Part shown: piece by piece, positions 27,077 through 42,404 of the stretch
Layout of the letters: every line of letters begins with the position of its first letter
Position numbering within the stretch: position 1 is the stretch's first letter
DNA from: the human T2T-CHM13v2.0 reference genome, Homo sapiens
DNA: 64,000 nucleotides
Strand: one strand, 5' to 3'
NCBI RefSeq assembly: GCF_009914755.1
Contig: NC_060926.1
Made by a program: the position numbers and the translations under genes
Notes under the pieces: generated by a model
Seen by the model: only the letters and a program-made list of their open reading frames with translations
Databases searched by the model: none
Told to the model about the DNA's origin: nothing

Positions 27077-28969
27077 GATTTTTTTTTTCTACTTATTCAT
27101 CCTGGATATCACCTATGTACTGTGGAATCAGATATTGCTTTCTAATTTAATTAACTATAGATATTCTGAGTCCACCAAACAGAAGATAAAATATGAAGTC
27201 AATTACTTGATAATCACTTGTTAGTAAGTATCCTTTACTATGTCTGGCATAATTGAGGTCGTTCAAGAGGTCTTAGATATGTCAATGGTGGAATGAATAA
27301 GTGAGAGTTGGTCTATTCCCTTTTTTCTCTTGTTGAGATATATACATTTATTAGCAGGCCTTTCAGAGAGAAGCTGTTTTTAATGTTTCATTGGATATTT
27401 TTCTGTAACTATGTTTGTAGCTTTGTATGATGCAAAAATTAAGGCAGTATTGATGACTGCCTATAGAGGCAACATTTTCCCAAATTCCTTATTCTTTTGA
27501 TGAGCCCACATGTTTGCCATCTGTGATTATCTGTGACCTTACAACAAAATACTTGGAGTAGTAGTTCTACCTGTTTGAAAGCTGACTCTGGCTGGTTGTA
27601 GGGTCTGATTAAATTTAGACTGGCTTGAGTCTCAGATGGACCCAATGCCTCTGGATCCAACTTATAGTTCTACAGTGTTGTTTGATGTGAGAAATGGATG
27701 TAGTGGGCAGTTGTGCCTGTGCAGAGTGCATTTATTCAGCATTACCACCAAGTCCTTTTAACTTCTAAAACTACTTCATCATCATGGAAGTCATAAATTT
27801 GCAATTACTCTTCTGAGAAGACAGCTACAAAATATATAACCCACTTTCTTTTAAGAGTTTAATGTAATATCTTTTTTATACTACCCCTGAACTCATGGCC
27901 TACCAATTCATGATACTCTTACTTTAGTGCTGTATTCCTTATACATCCTCTGTTCACTTCATTTTTCTATATTACTGATATGTCATTTTTTTTCTTTATA
28001 TACCAACTCAATGCTGATTATACACAATCTCTTATATTTTTTATATAGGGGAAACCTAAAGAGACAAAGAATAGTAATGCTGTTCCAGCACTGTCCAGGG
28101 AAATGAGTGCAGGAATTCAAAGATAATGTCCAAATAGACTTCATGTAGACTGTGTGATTTAAACATCATTTTCCTTTTATGAGATGTCACTTAAAAATCA
28201 AATCATATACCATGCACTACTTATGAAATTATGATTATACAAATTTGATTATAATTTTGCCTTCCAAATACTATGCCCACAAGGAGGGAATGATCTACTC
28301 AAAGAATGTGGCTGTGTGCTTTAAAAATGTTCTTCCTCACAGTAAAGTAATACACTGAGCCTCACATTACAATTAACTTCATGCAGCAGTTCTTCCAAGT
28401 CAAGCATTTTGGTACAGTTGACATTTTATTTTTCATTATTAATTAATAAGTTGGTATTGTAGATTCTCTCCCATGGTTTGTTCTACAGACAGGCCTAGTT
28501 TTAGAGAATGAGTCAGGAATAAGATGGACAGAGGTTGTTTGTTGGGATAGAGGAAAAGTTGAGAAAAAATTGCCAGCCGGAGCCAGCTCAGAGAGATTTT
28601 TCAACAAAGTATAGGGATACTCTTTTATTTACTCTAGACTTCTAAGGCTGAATGAGGGCAGAGACTCTGGGATGGTTTATTAAACTATCAGCTGTAGCAT
28701 CAAGGGCAGTATAATAATGTCTTAAAGTAATTTATATCTTCTCAAATAAATATTTTGCTTATTAAAAAGCACAATTATGAGTTTTGTATAACAAAAAACA
28801 ACTGAGATAAAGATCTACCAAAAGGAAAATAACAATGTGTATGTGATATTATTGCAATCCTACAAATTATATTATTGTAATTCCAAGGCTGAAACAAAAA
28901 TACTTTGCCAATGCTTTATGTGTAGTAACATTTTTTTGTGATAAAAACACATTAAATATTAAGACAGTG

Positions 28970-29480
28970 TGCTATTAGGCTTCAGTAGAGAAACAGAACC
29001 AATAGAAGATTATATTTAATATATGTATACTAATATAATAATACATACTAAATATATATGTGTCCATATGTGTGTGTGTGTGTAATATATTTAATTATGG
29101 AGAATTCACTCACATGTCTATGGAGGCTGAGAAATCTAATGATCTGCCATCTGCAAATGGAGATTCAAAAAAACCAATAATGTAGATCAACAGGCCTGAG
29201 AACTAGGAGAATCAATAGTGAGAGTCTCAGATTGAGGGCAGGAGAAGATTTATGTTCCAGCTGCTGCAGTCAGGGAGAAGGGGTAAATTATTCCTTCCTT
29301 TGTCCTTCTATTTAGGCCATAATGAATTGAATAATGTCCACCCACTTTGATGGGTGGTCAATCTTCTTTACAGAACCTACTGATTCAAATGCTAATTTCA
29401 TTCATATACATCCTCACAGGCACACCCAGAAATAATGTTTAGCAAAATATGTGGGTAATCCATGGCAGCATGCACACAGG
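28970..29480 (-). mobile_element. MLT2 (ERVL) solo LTR
   Basis: agagaaacagaaccaatagaag...tggaggctgagaaatctaatgatctgccatctgcaa...cacacccagaaataatgttt. Confidence 0.85.
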
Positions 29481-31299
29481 ATACCATGTACTGAGTCTTA
29501 AAATAAAACAAAGCCCAAACCTGATTTACTAATACAGTCCAGAAAGACTCAACAACACATTTTTCTTCTTTTATGGCACAATGCACACAAAGTTTAATAA
29601 GACTGAATGCAATTTTTATTTTCTCTTGAGAAAATTTGTGATTTGTGATGCTACATTTACTATGTATCTAAAATAAAAATATCTGTATCATAAAACTAGT
29701 ATTGTTCTGACCATAAGTTAATTAAACCATAAAGATAATCATTGTTTCCAAAAGACGTAAATATCCAAACATGGAAATCAGAAATCAGAATGATTAACCC
29801 CACCTTTATTTTTTTTAAATCATCTCAGCTTTAAATGCCAGCTTAGTTTTATGGGAATAGTCTACATTAAAATGTTAACACTATGAATCTATTATGTAAT
29901 TTAATTTAAATAAGGTAATTCAAACATTTGCTTCCATTAAAACTTATAAAACAGCATTTCAGTAAATCTATTTTTATTTATATAAGAAGATTGCCATTCA
30001 AGCATGTTGTATTATAGAAGTTAAGTGTTAAAAAAAATCCTAATTTTTTGAATAAAATAGCATAGAGTTCATTCGTTTCTATTGGTTGAGGTTTTTCTAA
30101 TGAATATTTAAGCCCAAATTTTATATTATATATAATGACTTAGGAAAACAACTGCTCTAATAATGCAACTGTCAGTGTGCAAAATTGTAGAATTTTAATT
30201 ACAAACTTTTTTATATTTCAAAATTACAAAAAAGATTTTGTCATTTTTAAGTTTTAAAATTTTTTTTAAACATTGAAACGTATATGCATAAAACAAGTAT
30301 TCTTTCTTGGAAAATTAATTTAGTTTTATGTATGTTTAAAATGAAGGTAATTTTTTTTCTAGAATACTATGACTATAATAAAAATTTGTCATCAGGGAAA
30401 ATCATTAATAAATAGTTTTAAAAGTTTTACTAGAAATACAGTTGCCAATTTCTCCAACATATAATTGAATGATATTTTATTCTCAGAGTTAAAATCTGGG
30501 ATGGTAAATTGAGGTTTTGTTTCAAGCACCTCTTAGGCAAATAATTACAGTATATAAAATATGAAAACATACCAGTAAAAAAATCAAATACAAGACAAAC
30601 ATCTTTATAACAATGACAGAAGATACAATGGCAAATGTGTTGAATCAATGGGCTTCTTGAGCTTTGATGAGTACAGAAGTGGGTGGCAGCATCCAGAAAT
30701 TTTGCTTCTATGGAAAACAAAGAGCTAAGTGTCCCCCAACCAAGATGGCACACCTGAATCAGGCTTACATATTAGAACTAGAGACTCCATATGAACCCCA
30801 TATGCTAAAGAATGGAGCCTGAAAAATAATAATGCCCAATGGTACCTAGAGCAATTTCAAATGCCAAGCTAACGAATGGTAGGTAAAAGGATATCCCATT
30901 TTGGGTCAATGACTAGATCTGCCATATTATCCAGATTACTACAAGGCCATTAATGCAAATATAGAGCACTAGATTTTATACTGAAGAAAAACAACTACTA
31001 AAAAAAACAAACAAAAACAAAACAAAGCCCAAGACCCTGAAGAAATTCAATGTCAGGGAAAAAAAATTTTTAAAAAAATCATATTTAGAATTTTAGCTTT
31101 TATCTGTTGAAGTTGCATTACCATCTCAGCAAATACTTTTTAAAACTCTATTAATAATTCAAGTATAGAAATAATGTATCATATTACATTTAAAATTAGC
31201 ATAAAGTTTTGAATAGAATAATATTCCATTAATATAAAAAGGGTTAGAAATCATAACATAAACTATATTTCACTTAAAATATTTTTCAAAAAAGTCTGC

Positions 31300-32100
31300 A
31301 AATCTAGCTTGGATAGAGTTAAGTGGTCAATGCAAGATAGTGAGAGAACTCGTGCAGAACAGACAGGACACATGTAGAAAGATTGCACTATAAAATGTTA
31401 AAGAACTCTTACGAGACATGGAGGATACACTCAAAATCTCCAATAATAATTTAAGAGTTGAAAACAAGAGAGCAAAAACTAGAGAAGTAACTGTATTTGA
31501 GTATTTTTAATGTTTTCAAAATTGAAGGGGGGAAGATAGCTCTAATAAAATTTGCGTTCTTAAAGATAAATAGAATAAATAACCCCATATCTAGATATTT
31601 TATAGTGAAAAATGTACATTAATGATAAAATAGGTCATAAAAGCTGCTAGTGAAAAGATAGTTTAACAATAAGGAAGTGCCTGACTGACAATGAACATTT
31701 TATTTGCAACAATAGATGCCAAAAGTGAATGGGGTACTATATTCACACTGTTAAAAGGAAATAACTCTAACATATAATTTTATATCCAAGCATAATATTT
31801 TCAAGAGTAAGCAAAATAAAAATGTCTTTCAGCTATAGACACGCAGAATAACAGGAAATTTGACCACCCACAGAATTTGACTTGAAAAAACTATTAAAGA
31901 AAAATGAAATACTGAGATAAAGATGTAAGAAACTCTGTTGAGAACAGAAATTGATATAATGTAACAATAAATGTATTTAACACTTTAAGAAAAACTTTTA
32001 TTTTGCAAAAAGGAAATTTAAATATTTAAATAATAATATTGGAGAAGAGTATTCAAATGATGATCAATTCCTAGTAAGTATGTTGTGAAAAGGAAAGAAT
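31300..32100 (+). mobile_element. Ancient L1/HAL1 ORF1-like remnant
   Basis: cccatatctagatattttatagtgaaa; ataattttatatccaagc are degenerate ORF1 motifs. Confidence 0.5.
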
Positions 32101-32520
32101 ATAAAAGTAATGACTGATTTTCTTGGAAAAAATATTATTGATTACCAAATAGCTTAGAAATTTGAAGGCAATCACTAAAACTATGTAAGTATAACTCAAA
32201 GTCTCCAAACCAGCAGGGAACAAACAACAGAAAAATAATATCCGATAAAAAATGTATCCATACTACACTTGAAGGGTTGTATAATGAAGAAAGCATGATG
32301 AAATCCTGAGAATCTTCTAGATTCAACTTTGGGGTCTATTGGTAAAATGGTATCAAACTAGTGCTCCCTCCATAAACAACTAGAAAACTGACGAAATATT
32401 TGAAACAATAGCTCTTGTTAAATTAAAACAGAGACAAGCCATGATGAATCCCTGAGCAGACAAAGCCAATTAAACCTCATAAATTGTCCTAATCTTGCTT
32501 GATTTGCAAACATAAATTAA

Positions 32521-32820
<300 letters not shown>

Positions 32821-32879
32821 AAATTTAAGCTGTAACACATAGGGTGAAACTGCCTAAGGCCAGACAAAGAACTACAGGG

Positions 32880-33210
32880 GTATATTTACTATTTCTGAAA
32901 AAATAAACTTTTACACACTTAGCAGCTGGAAAAAATGTTATAGTTTCTGTGGATCAGATATGTGAGCATGACAGACTGAATTTTCCTTTCAGTATCTCAT
33001 GAAACTGACATCAAGGTGCCAGCCATGGCTTTGGATTTATTTACAATCAGGGTCTTCTAAGCCCACTCATTGTTGACAGAATTAATTTCTTTATGGTTGT
33101 AGGAAAGAGCTCCCCATTTTCCTTCCATGTCTCATTCACAAACTACACTCAGCTCCTCTAGGACACCTAACAATTCCTTGCTACGGGTCCCCTTAGGTAG
33201 TTTACAGAAT
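32880..33210 (-). mobile_element. MLT1 LTR fragment
   Basis: tagtttctgtggatcagata...aaactgacatcaaggtgccagcc...ggtcttctaagcccactcattgttgacagaatt. Confidence 0.6.
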
Positions 33211-33377
33211 AGATGTGTTTTTTGTTGTTGTTGTTTTGTTTTGTTTTGTTTTTCATTCCAGGTCAGACAGAGCATACTCTTTTTGGCTTTCTCTTCTGCA
33301 GAAACTCTCTTTTTTTTAAAATAAAAAGACAAATAAAAACATTAAAAAATAAAATAAATACAATTAACATTTTATAC

Positions 33378-33510
33378 TATTTTTTTCGAGACAGAGTCTC
33401 GCTCTGTCTCCAGGCTGGAATGCAGTGGCGTGATCTCGGCTCACTTCAACCTCTGCCTCCCGGTTCAAGCGATTCTCCTACCTCAGCCTCCCGAGTAGCT
33501 GGGAATACAG
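33378..33510 (-). mobile_element. AluS right-arm fragment
   Basis: gagacagagtctcgctctgtctccaggctgg...gtagctgggaatacag. Confidence 0.9.
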
Positions 33511-34924
33511 AATTGTATTTTTTAAAAGACAATCAGATTAGAAAAATGAGCTATATGCATTATAAAACAGAATAAAAACTTGTAAAAACATAAGGGCAAT
33601 CATATACATATAGTGACCTAACAATTTGCCTGTAAGTATATCCAGCAAGCAACATGAAAATTAAAAATTACAATTGAAAAATAGACAATTATAGTGGGAA
33701 AAAGGTTTTACATATTTGTCAAAACTTGAGAGATAAAGTAGAATATAATAAGGCTATAAAACTTTGTTTCAAACCTCAAAAACAAAAAAAGTTATTAAAT
33801 ATACATTTATAGAATGCTACATCTAAGAAATTGAGAATAGGTATTGAAATGTATGAAAACTTTATTTAAAAATGTCTGTATACTAGCTCATAGAAATATT
33901 CTCACCATTCTTCAAAGAAGCAATATTATAGACACCATGTTAATGGACCACAATTACATAAAATTAGGAACTAACATTAAAAATGTAAATGAAAACAATT
34001 ACAAATTAGATAATTTAGAAGATTCTCCTGTTCCTTCGAGAATTAAATATGAATTCACCATAGCATTACAATATTCCATAATAACAATAAAATTATATGC
34101 ACCTATACATGGGATATTTTGAAAAAAATTAAATTAAATATTCAAATAAAGCCAGCAAAATGACACAACATAAAATGAGAGAAAGAAGAATAAAAGAATC
34201 ACTGTGCTTTTTAATGAGACATTCATGCACTATAACGTACAATACAAAACACACATCACATCAAGAATATCAAAAGGTATTGTGTAGATTAAAAATTATA
34301 AAATGCTTTTATTCTCAATAGTTTATTGATAGAAAGAGGAATAGAAAGCACAAACATAAAAAATATTTTGAAGGAGATACCAGTAACAAGTATAGATGTA
34401 ATGGAAAATTTAAAGTCACAGATAAACACTGTGAACAATTTTTATTTATTAAATTTGAAAACATAAGAATAGAATGTATGTATCATACTTAAAGAAAAAA
34501 TTTCCAAAATTTTACCAAGGAAAAAAAAACACATAAATCAAATACACCAAACTCAGTATCATTGAATGGCAACTGACAGTAATTCCCATACCAATAATCA
34601 AAAAGCAGGTCCATATAATTGTATTAAAAATCTTACTTAAATCTTTTTATTGTAAAATAAGTTACAATGTTAATAAAGTCACACAAAAGCTGGTATAGCG
34701 ATTAATACAATATTATAGAGCAAACATGCTTATAAATCATCAACAAGATCAAGAATTAGGATCCTATCAATCACAAGCCTTTCCCACCTACTAAAAGAAA
34801 CCACCATCATGATTTTCATAATTACTGTTTTGCACTTCTCTATATTTTTACTAAAGTGTGCATAATTTAAAAGTAAAATGTAATCTTTCTCACTTTTAAT
34901 TTTGATTATTTTTTCTAATTTTAA

Positions 34925-37072
34925 TAACTTTTTTTGACGATAGTTTTAGATACACAGAAAAATGGAGAAGAGAGTATAGAGGGAGGCCCTAAATATTCAA
35001 CACCCAGTATCTCCATCATTAATATATTTACTTGTTCACTTAGTGAACAAATATTTATACAGAAGTATTAACTAAAGTTCATCAGTTTTTCTTTGGCTTT
35101 TTCATAATGTTCTTTTTCTTTCCCAGCTTCCCATTCAGAATACTAGGTTAAATTTTGCTATAATGTCTACTTAGGCTCCTCTTGGATCTGATAACTTCTC
35201 AGACTTTCTTTGTTTTTGTTGATCATGATGTTTTTGAGGAGTAATGCTCACGTATATGCTTCCCTGTTGGAATTAGTTGGGTATTTTTCATATGATTACA
35301 TTGGAGTTGTTGGCTTGGGGGAAGAAGATTACTGAGGTTAATTACCACTTTTCATCACATCATATCTATAGTACATGCTATCAACATGACTTACCACTGT
35401 GGATGTTGTCATGGTCACCTGGGTGAGGTGATGCTTGCCAGGTTTAACCTGGCGAAGTTGGATATTTTCTCATTTGATATTCTACTCTTTGGAAGTAAGT
35501 CACTACGTGCAGCTTACACTGAAGGAATGTTAAGCTCCATCTAATTGAGGATGGATTATCCACATAACTTTTTGTAATTATTCTGCATGGGACATTTGTC
35601 TCTTCTCTCCCACTTATGAATCTTTTCAATTATTTATTTACATCATTGTAAACTCATGAATATTTATTTCCTACATTACAGTATAATTTAGTACTTCTTT
35701 ATTTATTTTGTTGCTCAAATTTTCCAAATTTGGCCATTGAGAGCTCTTTCAACTAACTTCTCTGACCCTTTGAAATACTCCCTTCATGTGTGTCTTCTTA
35801 TTTATTTTTAGCACTTTATTACTTTCTGGCTTGATAAAATACTACAGCCTCATCTTATACATTTACCTAAGTCCTGGAGTCAGTCATTTATCCCAGTTTC
35901 CCAGGTTTCTTTTACTGAAAAATAATATTAGAAACAAAGATGTGGGTACCAAGTGTGCTTAATGTGACTGAGTTCTCATCATCTCTAGGCTTTTCAGCAG
36001 GCAGATAAATAAATAAAATATATTTATGTATAATCACACACACATGTTCACAAACTCCATTATGAATACATAGCAGTATCAGAATGGTTAACCTGAACTC
36101 CCTTGGGAAACAATTTTATTAATAAGGGTACAGTGTTTGCATGCAGTTTCTTTCGTCTTTAGTAGTACAGACTCCACTCATTTCCAAAGTTACTAAGTTT
36201 GGCATTTCCCCTGCCTTTTCCAGTGAGGTGGTAGCATACATTTGTAATATATTTCTATTCTGTTATCAGACACTTGTATTCCCTCTAAGGATCTCTGACC
36301 CCTTAAATGATTTTTTTTTTTTAGTTTGCATACATTAAGAGTCACTTTTGTGTTGGCCAATTAATGTTTTGTATTACCGTTACAATATTACCAAAATATT
36401 TTCAGCACCCTGAAGATCTCTTGTGCTTCATCTACTCATGTCCCCCAGCCTCCATCCAAATCCCTGGCAAACATTAATGATTGAAAAGTTTTGCCTGTTC
36501 CAGAATGTCTTATAATTGGACTTAAACTTTATGGAGCCTTTTCTGAATGGTTTCTTCACTTACCAATATATATTTAAGTTTCCTCCGTATCTTTTATTTG
36601 TTTAATATCTAATTTCTTTTTATTTTTGAATATTTCACTGTTTGAATGTATCACACTTTGTATATCCATGATAGACATCTTGGCTGCTTCCAGTTTGGGT
36701 GAATAAAGCCATTATAAATGCATATATACAGATTCTTGTAGACATCACTTTTAAAATAACTTGTATAAATACCTAGGAGAACAATTGTTTGATCATATTA
36801 ATAAGACTCAGTTTAGCTTTGTAAGAAACTGCCAAGATACATTCCACAATGTTTGCACAATTTTGTATTCTCACCAGCAATGGATAAAAGTTCCTGGAGT
36901 TCCACAGCCTCATTAGCATTCGGTACCGTTAGTATTTTTGGATTTTACCTATTCTAATAGGCACGTAGTGGTATCTTATTTTTAATTTAATTTGGAAATC
37001 CCTAATGACAAATAATATTGTGCATTTTTACATATACTTATTTGACTTACATAAATCTTCCTAGATGAGGCC
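34925..37072 (-). mobile_element. Old L1 (L1MC/MD-type) 3' end
   Basis: tagttttagatacacagaaaaatgg; gctttgtaagaaactgccaag; ccctaatgacaaataatattgtgcat. Confidence 0.7.
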
Positions 37073-37074
37073 TC

Positions 37075-39160
37075 TGAAAAATCACAAAGATGTGGAAATT
37101 AAACATCACACTCCTGAATAACCCATAGATCAAATAATAAATCAAAACAGAAATAAAAAGCATTTTGAAACAAATGAAAATGGGAACACATAATACCCAA
37201 ACATATAGGATGTACCAAAATAAATTTTAAGAGGGAAGTTTATAGCAGTAAATGCCTACATTATTAAAAAAAAGAAAGATTTCAATTTAACTTTATGCTT
37301 CAAGGAACTAGAAAAAGACCAACAAACCAACTCTAAAGTCAGAAAAAGTAATGAAATAATGCACATCAGAGTAAAAGAAAACAGAAAAACAATAGAAAAG
37401 GCCAATGACACTAAGAGATGATTTTTGAAAAGATAAACAAGTTGGCAATCCTTTAACTAGACTATGAAAAAGAGAAAAAAGACTCAAATAAATAAAATTA
37501 TAAATGAAACAGGAGACATTATGACTGATATCACAGAAGTACAAAGTATCAAAAAAGACTATTATGAATAATTATATGCCAACAGATTGGATAATCAAAA
37601 GAAATGGATAAATTCTTAGAAACATATAACCTAAAAAGGCTGGATCATGAAAAAGAGTAAATCTCAACAGACTAATATTGAGTATGGATATTGAATCAGT
37701 AATCAAACAGTTTTCAACAAAAAAAGATCTCAAGACACGACAATTTCACTAGTGAATTCCACCAAACTTTAAAGAAGAATTAATGCAAATTTTTCTTAAT
37801 GTATTCAAAAAAATTAATAAGAATAGAACACTTCCAAACTTATTGACAGTGGCGTAATTACCCCCTTATCCTGAGAATAAAGCCAGACAAAGACACAGCA
37901 AGAAAAGAAAATTATAGGCCAATTCCCCAATGAAAGTAGATGTAAAATCTTAAAAAAAAAATACTAGCAAACCAAATTCTACAACACATTATCAGGATCA
38001 TATATCATGTTTAATTTGTATTTATCCCTGGAATGTAAGAATAGCTCAACATATGGAAATCAATAAATGTGAAACACTACTTTATCAGAATGAATGATGA
38101 AATTAATCATTCATCTATGGTTATCTCAATAGATGCAGAAAAATATTTGACAAAATTTAATATCTTTTTACATTAAAAAATTTCAACAAAATAAGTATAG
38201 AAGTAATGTACCACAACCTAATAAAAGCCATATATGTCAAGCCCATAGCTAATATCATACTCAACAGTGAAAAGGTGAAAGTCTTTTCTCCAAGATCAGG
38301 AACAAGACAATAGTGCCTATTCTTGCCACTTCTACTCAATACAGTGCTGGAAGACAGAATAATTATGCAAGAAAAAAAGAATAAAAGACATCTAAATCAG
38401 AAATGAAGACATAAAATTGTCTCTATTTCCTGATGACATGATCTTATATATATAGAAACCATAAAGACTCTATCAAAAATCTGTTAGAAGTATTAAATAC
38501 ATTCAACAAAGTTTCCGATACAAAATCAACATACAAGAATCAATTGCATTTCTATACACAAATAAATGAAACTCTTCCTTCCCGATTTTTTTAAAATCCC
38601 TTTAATATCAGAAAAATGAAATAAAGCACCTAGGAATAAATTTAACCAAGGAGATGAAAGATGCGTATACTGAAAACTACAAAACATTGATCAAATAAAT
38701 TGAATAATACACAAATAAATGGAAAAATATCCCGTATTATGGATTGGAAGAATTAACATTATTAAAATGACCACACTACTCAAAGCTATTTACAGATACA
38801 ATCCAATTGCTACCAAAATTAGATTTTGGTATCTTTCACAGATACCAAACGGCATCTTTCACAGAAATAGAAAAAAGAGTTCTAAAATTTATTTGGAGCT
38901 ACAAAAAAAAAAAAAAAAAAAAGAATAAAAACAAATAGTAAAATGTAACCAGTGTTTTTGAGGATGTCGAGGAGAGGAAAACTTTGTACACTACTGGTAG
39001 AAGTGTAAATTGGAGCAGCCACTCAGGAAAACAGTATGGAACTTCTTCAAAAAATTAAAAACAGAACTACTATATGATCCAGTAATCCCACTTCTGAGTA
39101 TATATCAAAAGGAAATTAAATTAGTATGTTAAAGAAATGTTAATATCTGCCCTTCTATGC
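37075..39160 (+). mobile_element. L1 (L1MA/PB age) ORF2 segment incl. RT region, with internal deletion
   Basis: tctcaatagatgcagaaaaatatttgacaaaat; tctatttcctgatgacatgatcttata (FADD-like RT motif); ORF 38719-38928 WIGRINIIKM. Confidence 0.9.
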
Positions 39161-42100
39161 TCAATTACTAGCTTCTGTGGTGGTATATTAACATTGGTGT
39201 AGGCTTACACATTTCCTGCTTAAGACCTGGAATCATCCATTTACTCAAGAAGCTGTGTTTCCTTTTAGATAAAAATGCTAATTCATATTCACAATCTGGA
39301 TGCTGGGAAGGCTAATTCTTACTGGTTGATCATAGTTCTTGGCCTTTTCAGTGGACAATATTATGATTTCTAAAGATAAATATTCACTTGTATTTACACT
39401 GATACTCTCAACTTCAATTTAGAACTATGGAGTTTTTACTTAATCACTTGTTTCTTACATATCTATCCATTTTCTTCCACAAAAAGGAACATGATTTTCA
39501 GAGATGCCCAAAGGAATTTTTTTCTTGAAATTTTTTTTAATAGACTATGGCTTGTTATTAGTTATTCTAGATATGTGACTTGCTTTTTCAGTATGTAGTT
39601 TATGTATTTTAATATTTTTAATTTCAGAAATGTTTTATCAAAATAAAATTTTAACATGTATTTTGCTTCCTTGTTGTTTAGTGACGTTTCTAATATATGC
39701 GATGGTTCTTTGCCTGTATAGAAGGACCGTTGAACAGGATAGCTTTGCAAACTTCCCAGTGTCCCCTAAGCCATTATTTCTGTGAAGTTCTCCAAAATAT
39801 GGCTCTTGTTTTTTGAGATTTATTTCCTTTGTTATTCTCTCTGCCTTTATCTGTACCTTCTTTGCCTTCAACTCTATTGTCCTTACCTTTTTGTCTATGA
39901 TTCCACTCTGAGAAGTTTTCCTTTAGTGTTTAATCCTATCCTGTAAGGAAACTTCTATGTATGTTTCCAACACATGAGTCCATATGTTTCAAGCTTCATA
40001 GAACTTACTGCTGGCTCCTTGCATTAAACCATGATTCAGTTGGGCAAATCTAGCAGATACAACTGACATTCTCAAATTACCACAATGACCAGTCCAGTGA
40101 ATATTGGAATCTTGGCTATTTGTGGTTCCCCCTCTATCTCCTTGTTTTGCTTCATTTTGTTATGCCCTCCTTTCCCTTGTGCACTTACTTATACTTTGGG
40201 GTCCACGAGGACACCTTGTCATCTAGTTTAGTGTTAATGCTATTTATCGGTTTTCATTTGCTATCTAGTTCCTCTAGTGTACTTATGTAGAAATTCTGGA
40301 AAATTTAAATACTAAGCAAATACTGTCATGCTACCACAGAGTTGTCAAATTTCCTGGCTCATATTAAGTGTATATTAATTGTTATAGAAAACAACAAAAG
40401 AGAAATAGCCATATCTCTCCTTTAAGAGGACACTGAAACTTTGATAAATTTTTTTTTAGTTAAGGATAGTACAAAAACACTAAACAATAGCTCAATTTCA
40501 CATTAAAAACTAGAAGAAAGTTCCAGATAAAATATTAGCTGATCTAAATTAGAGAGTGTAGTATCAGAAAATTATTTAAAAACCATACTGTAAAATTCAA
40601 GGATAAAAATAATTAAATATTATTGCAGTGAAGAAAAAGCAGTTGAAAATATTCAAAATTCATTCTTGAATTTAAAAAAACTCAGCCAAATACATTTAGA
40701 AAAAACTTATTTGACTTGTTAAAAACTTTTTTTTTTAAAAATAGAAGCATTAAACTTTTGCTTGCTTAAGAAACATTTTCATCAAATACAAGAACAAAAG
40801 AGGGTAAAAGCTACCACTGTCTTATTATGTAGCCTTTTAATTATCTAGAGCACATCTAAGCTCAAAAGACAAATTTACTAAAAATAAAAATAGGAAAGAA
40901 AATAAAAAAGATCAGTAATTTGAAAAATTTCAAACTTTACTAATTTTCTAAGAACAATATATTATTTCAACAACTAGCATCATTTTATATCTATTGCATT
41001 TGCAAACCTGGAAAGGTTGACAAATATTTTTCTTAGAAAAGATGGGTAAAACAAGAAGCCCTTATCTCGTTGTATGAGATATCTAAGAATACACAGTAAA
41101 ATTGAAGATTTTCAAATGAAGAATTCCCTTTATTTCTCTACACATTAGAAAACCATACAGCTATGCATTCAGTTACAAATATGTGAATTTTTGAATATTT
41201 AAAAAAATATATGTTTGAAAGCAACATAAATGACAATCAATATGAGCACTGATAAATAAAATGTTATATATGTACAAGCTCTTTACTGGATAAAAGATAA
41301 AAATGAATAAATTATATACATACACGTATTTTAAAAAATAATTAAGAGAAAACTGCAATTTGTAGGTTTATGCATGTATACACATACATATGTATGGTGC
41401 ATGATTCCAGCTATCTAAATAATGGTCTATATGCAAAACAATAATAAGTAATATTTATAAATATTTAGTTAAATATACACAAAAATCGTAAGTATTGAAT
41501 TTATGGTAGAAGTTACCATTGAGGTGAGAAGGAAGAAAAAATTAGGTAAGAAAACATAGGCTCTCAACTATCTTTGACATGTTTTTTCCTTAGAAGACCT
41601 GAAATAAATATCACATAATAACCAGTATTGGTAGAACTAGGAGTGTGAAAGAGTGCTTGTTATATTTTTCTTCAATCTTTTCTAACTAGATAGAAATATT
41701 TCACAATGAAAGATTTTTTATTTAAGTAAAAATGATTTATTTCAATTAAAATGTGTAAATAGTTTGTTATTTCTACTGACAATAAAAATAAGACTTTTCT
41801 TCCAGAAAATGGTGCTTGTAAACATTTGCACTGACAGATTGCTGTTTTGGCGAAATCCTGTTGGGATATCTACTATGATGCCAAAAAAAGCATAAGCAGA
41901 TGTATCTGCAGCTGGAGCAAGATACCCACACATGTGGCATAGTCACACTTGGCAATGAAAGAGGACATTAGAGTCTGCATGGGCTCCGTTTTTTGTTCGT
42001 TTATGTACTTATTTTTCTATTTACTTAACAAGTGAGAGAAGCCTGAAGTCCCTTCCCAATGTACATCATGTACACAGAAGACAAGCTATGGTATCTAGGA

Positions 42101-42404
42101 AGCAAAAGTTGTCTCTAAATATTGCTTGAACTCAGTAATTTTACATTTTGAAGTAATATCCTTGGCACCTAGATTTCCATTAGCTAATAATAATGTCTCA
42201 TATAAAAAATTTAGAAACACTTTCTATTTTAAGCAATTTTACTTCTAGAAATTCAAGGACTGAGAGTGGGAATCTTTACTAAGCTTATTCAAAAAAAAAA
42301 TCAGTGTAGGAGAAATAATTGGGAAATTTGTTTTTCAGAAAAACATATATTTAGAAACACGAAGAGGTTAACAATAGAAAATTTAAGTATGTATGTATGC
42401 ATAT

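Noticed and set aside
27442-27462. Hairpin aggcagt-N7-actgcct near TGATGA as a snoRNA/miRNA
   Set aside because: Only a 7-bp stem; no properly placed C/D box pair or long precursor hairpin
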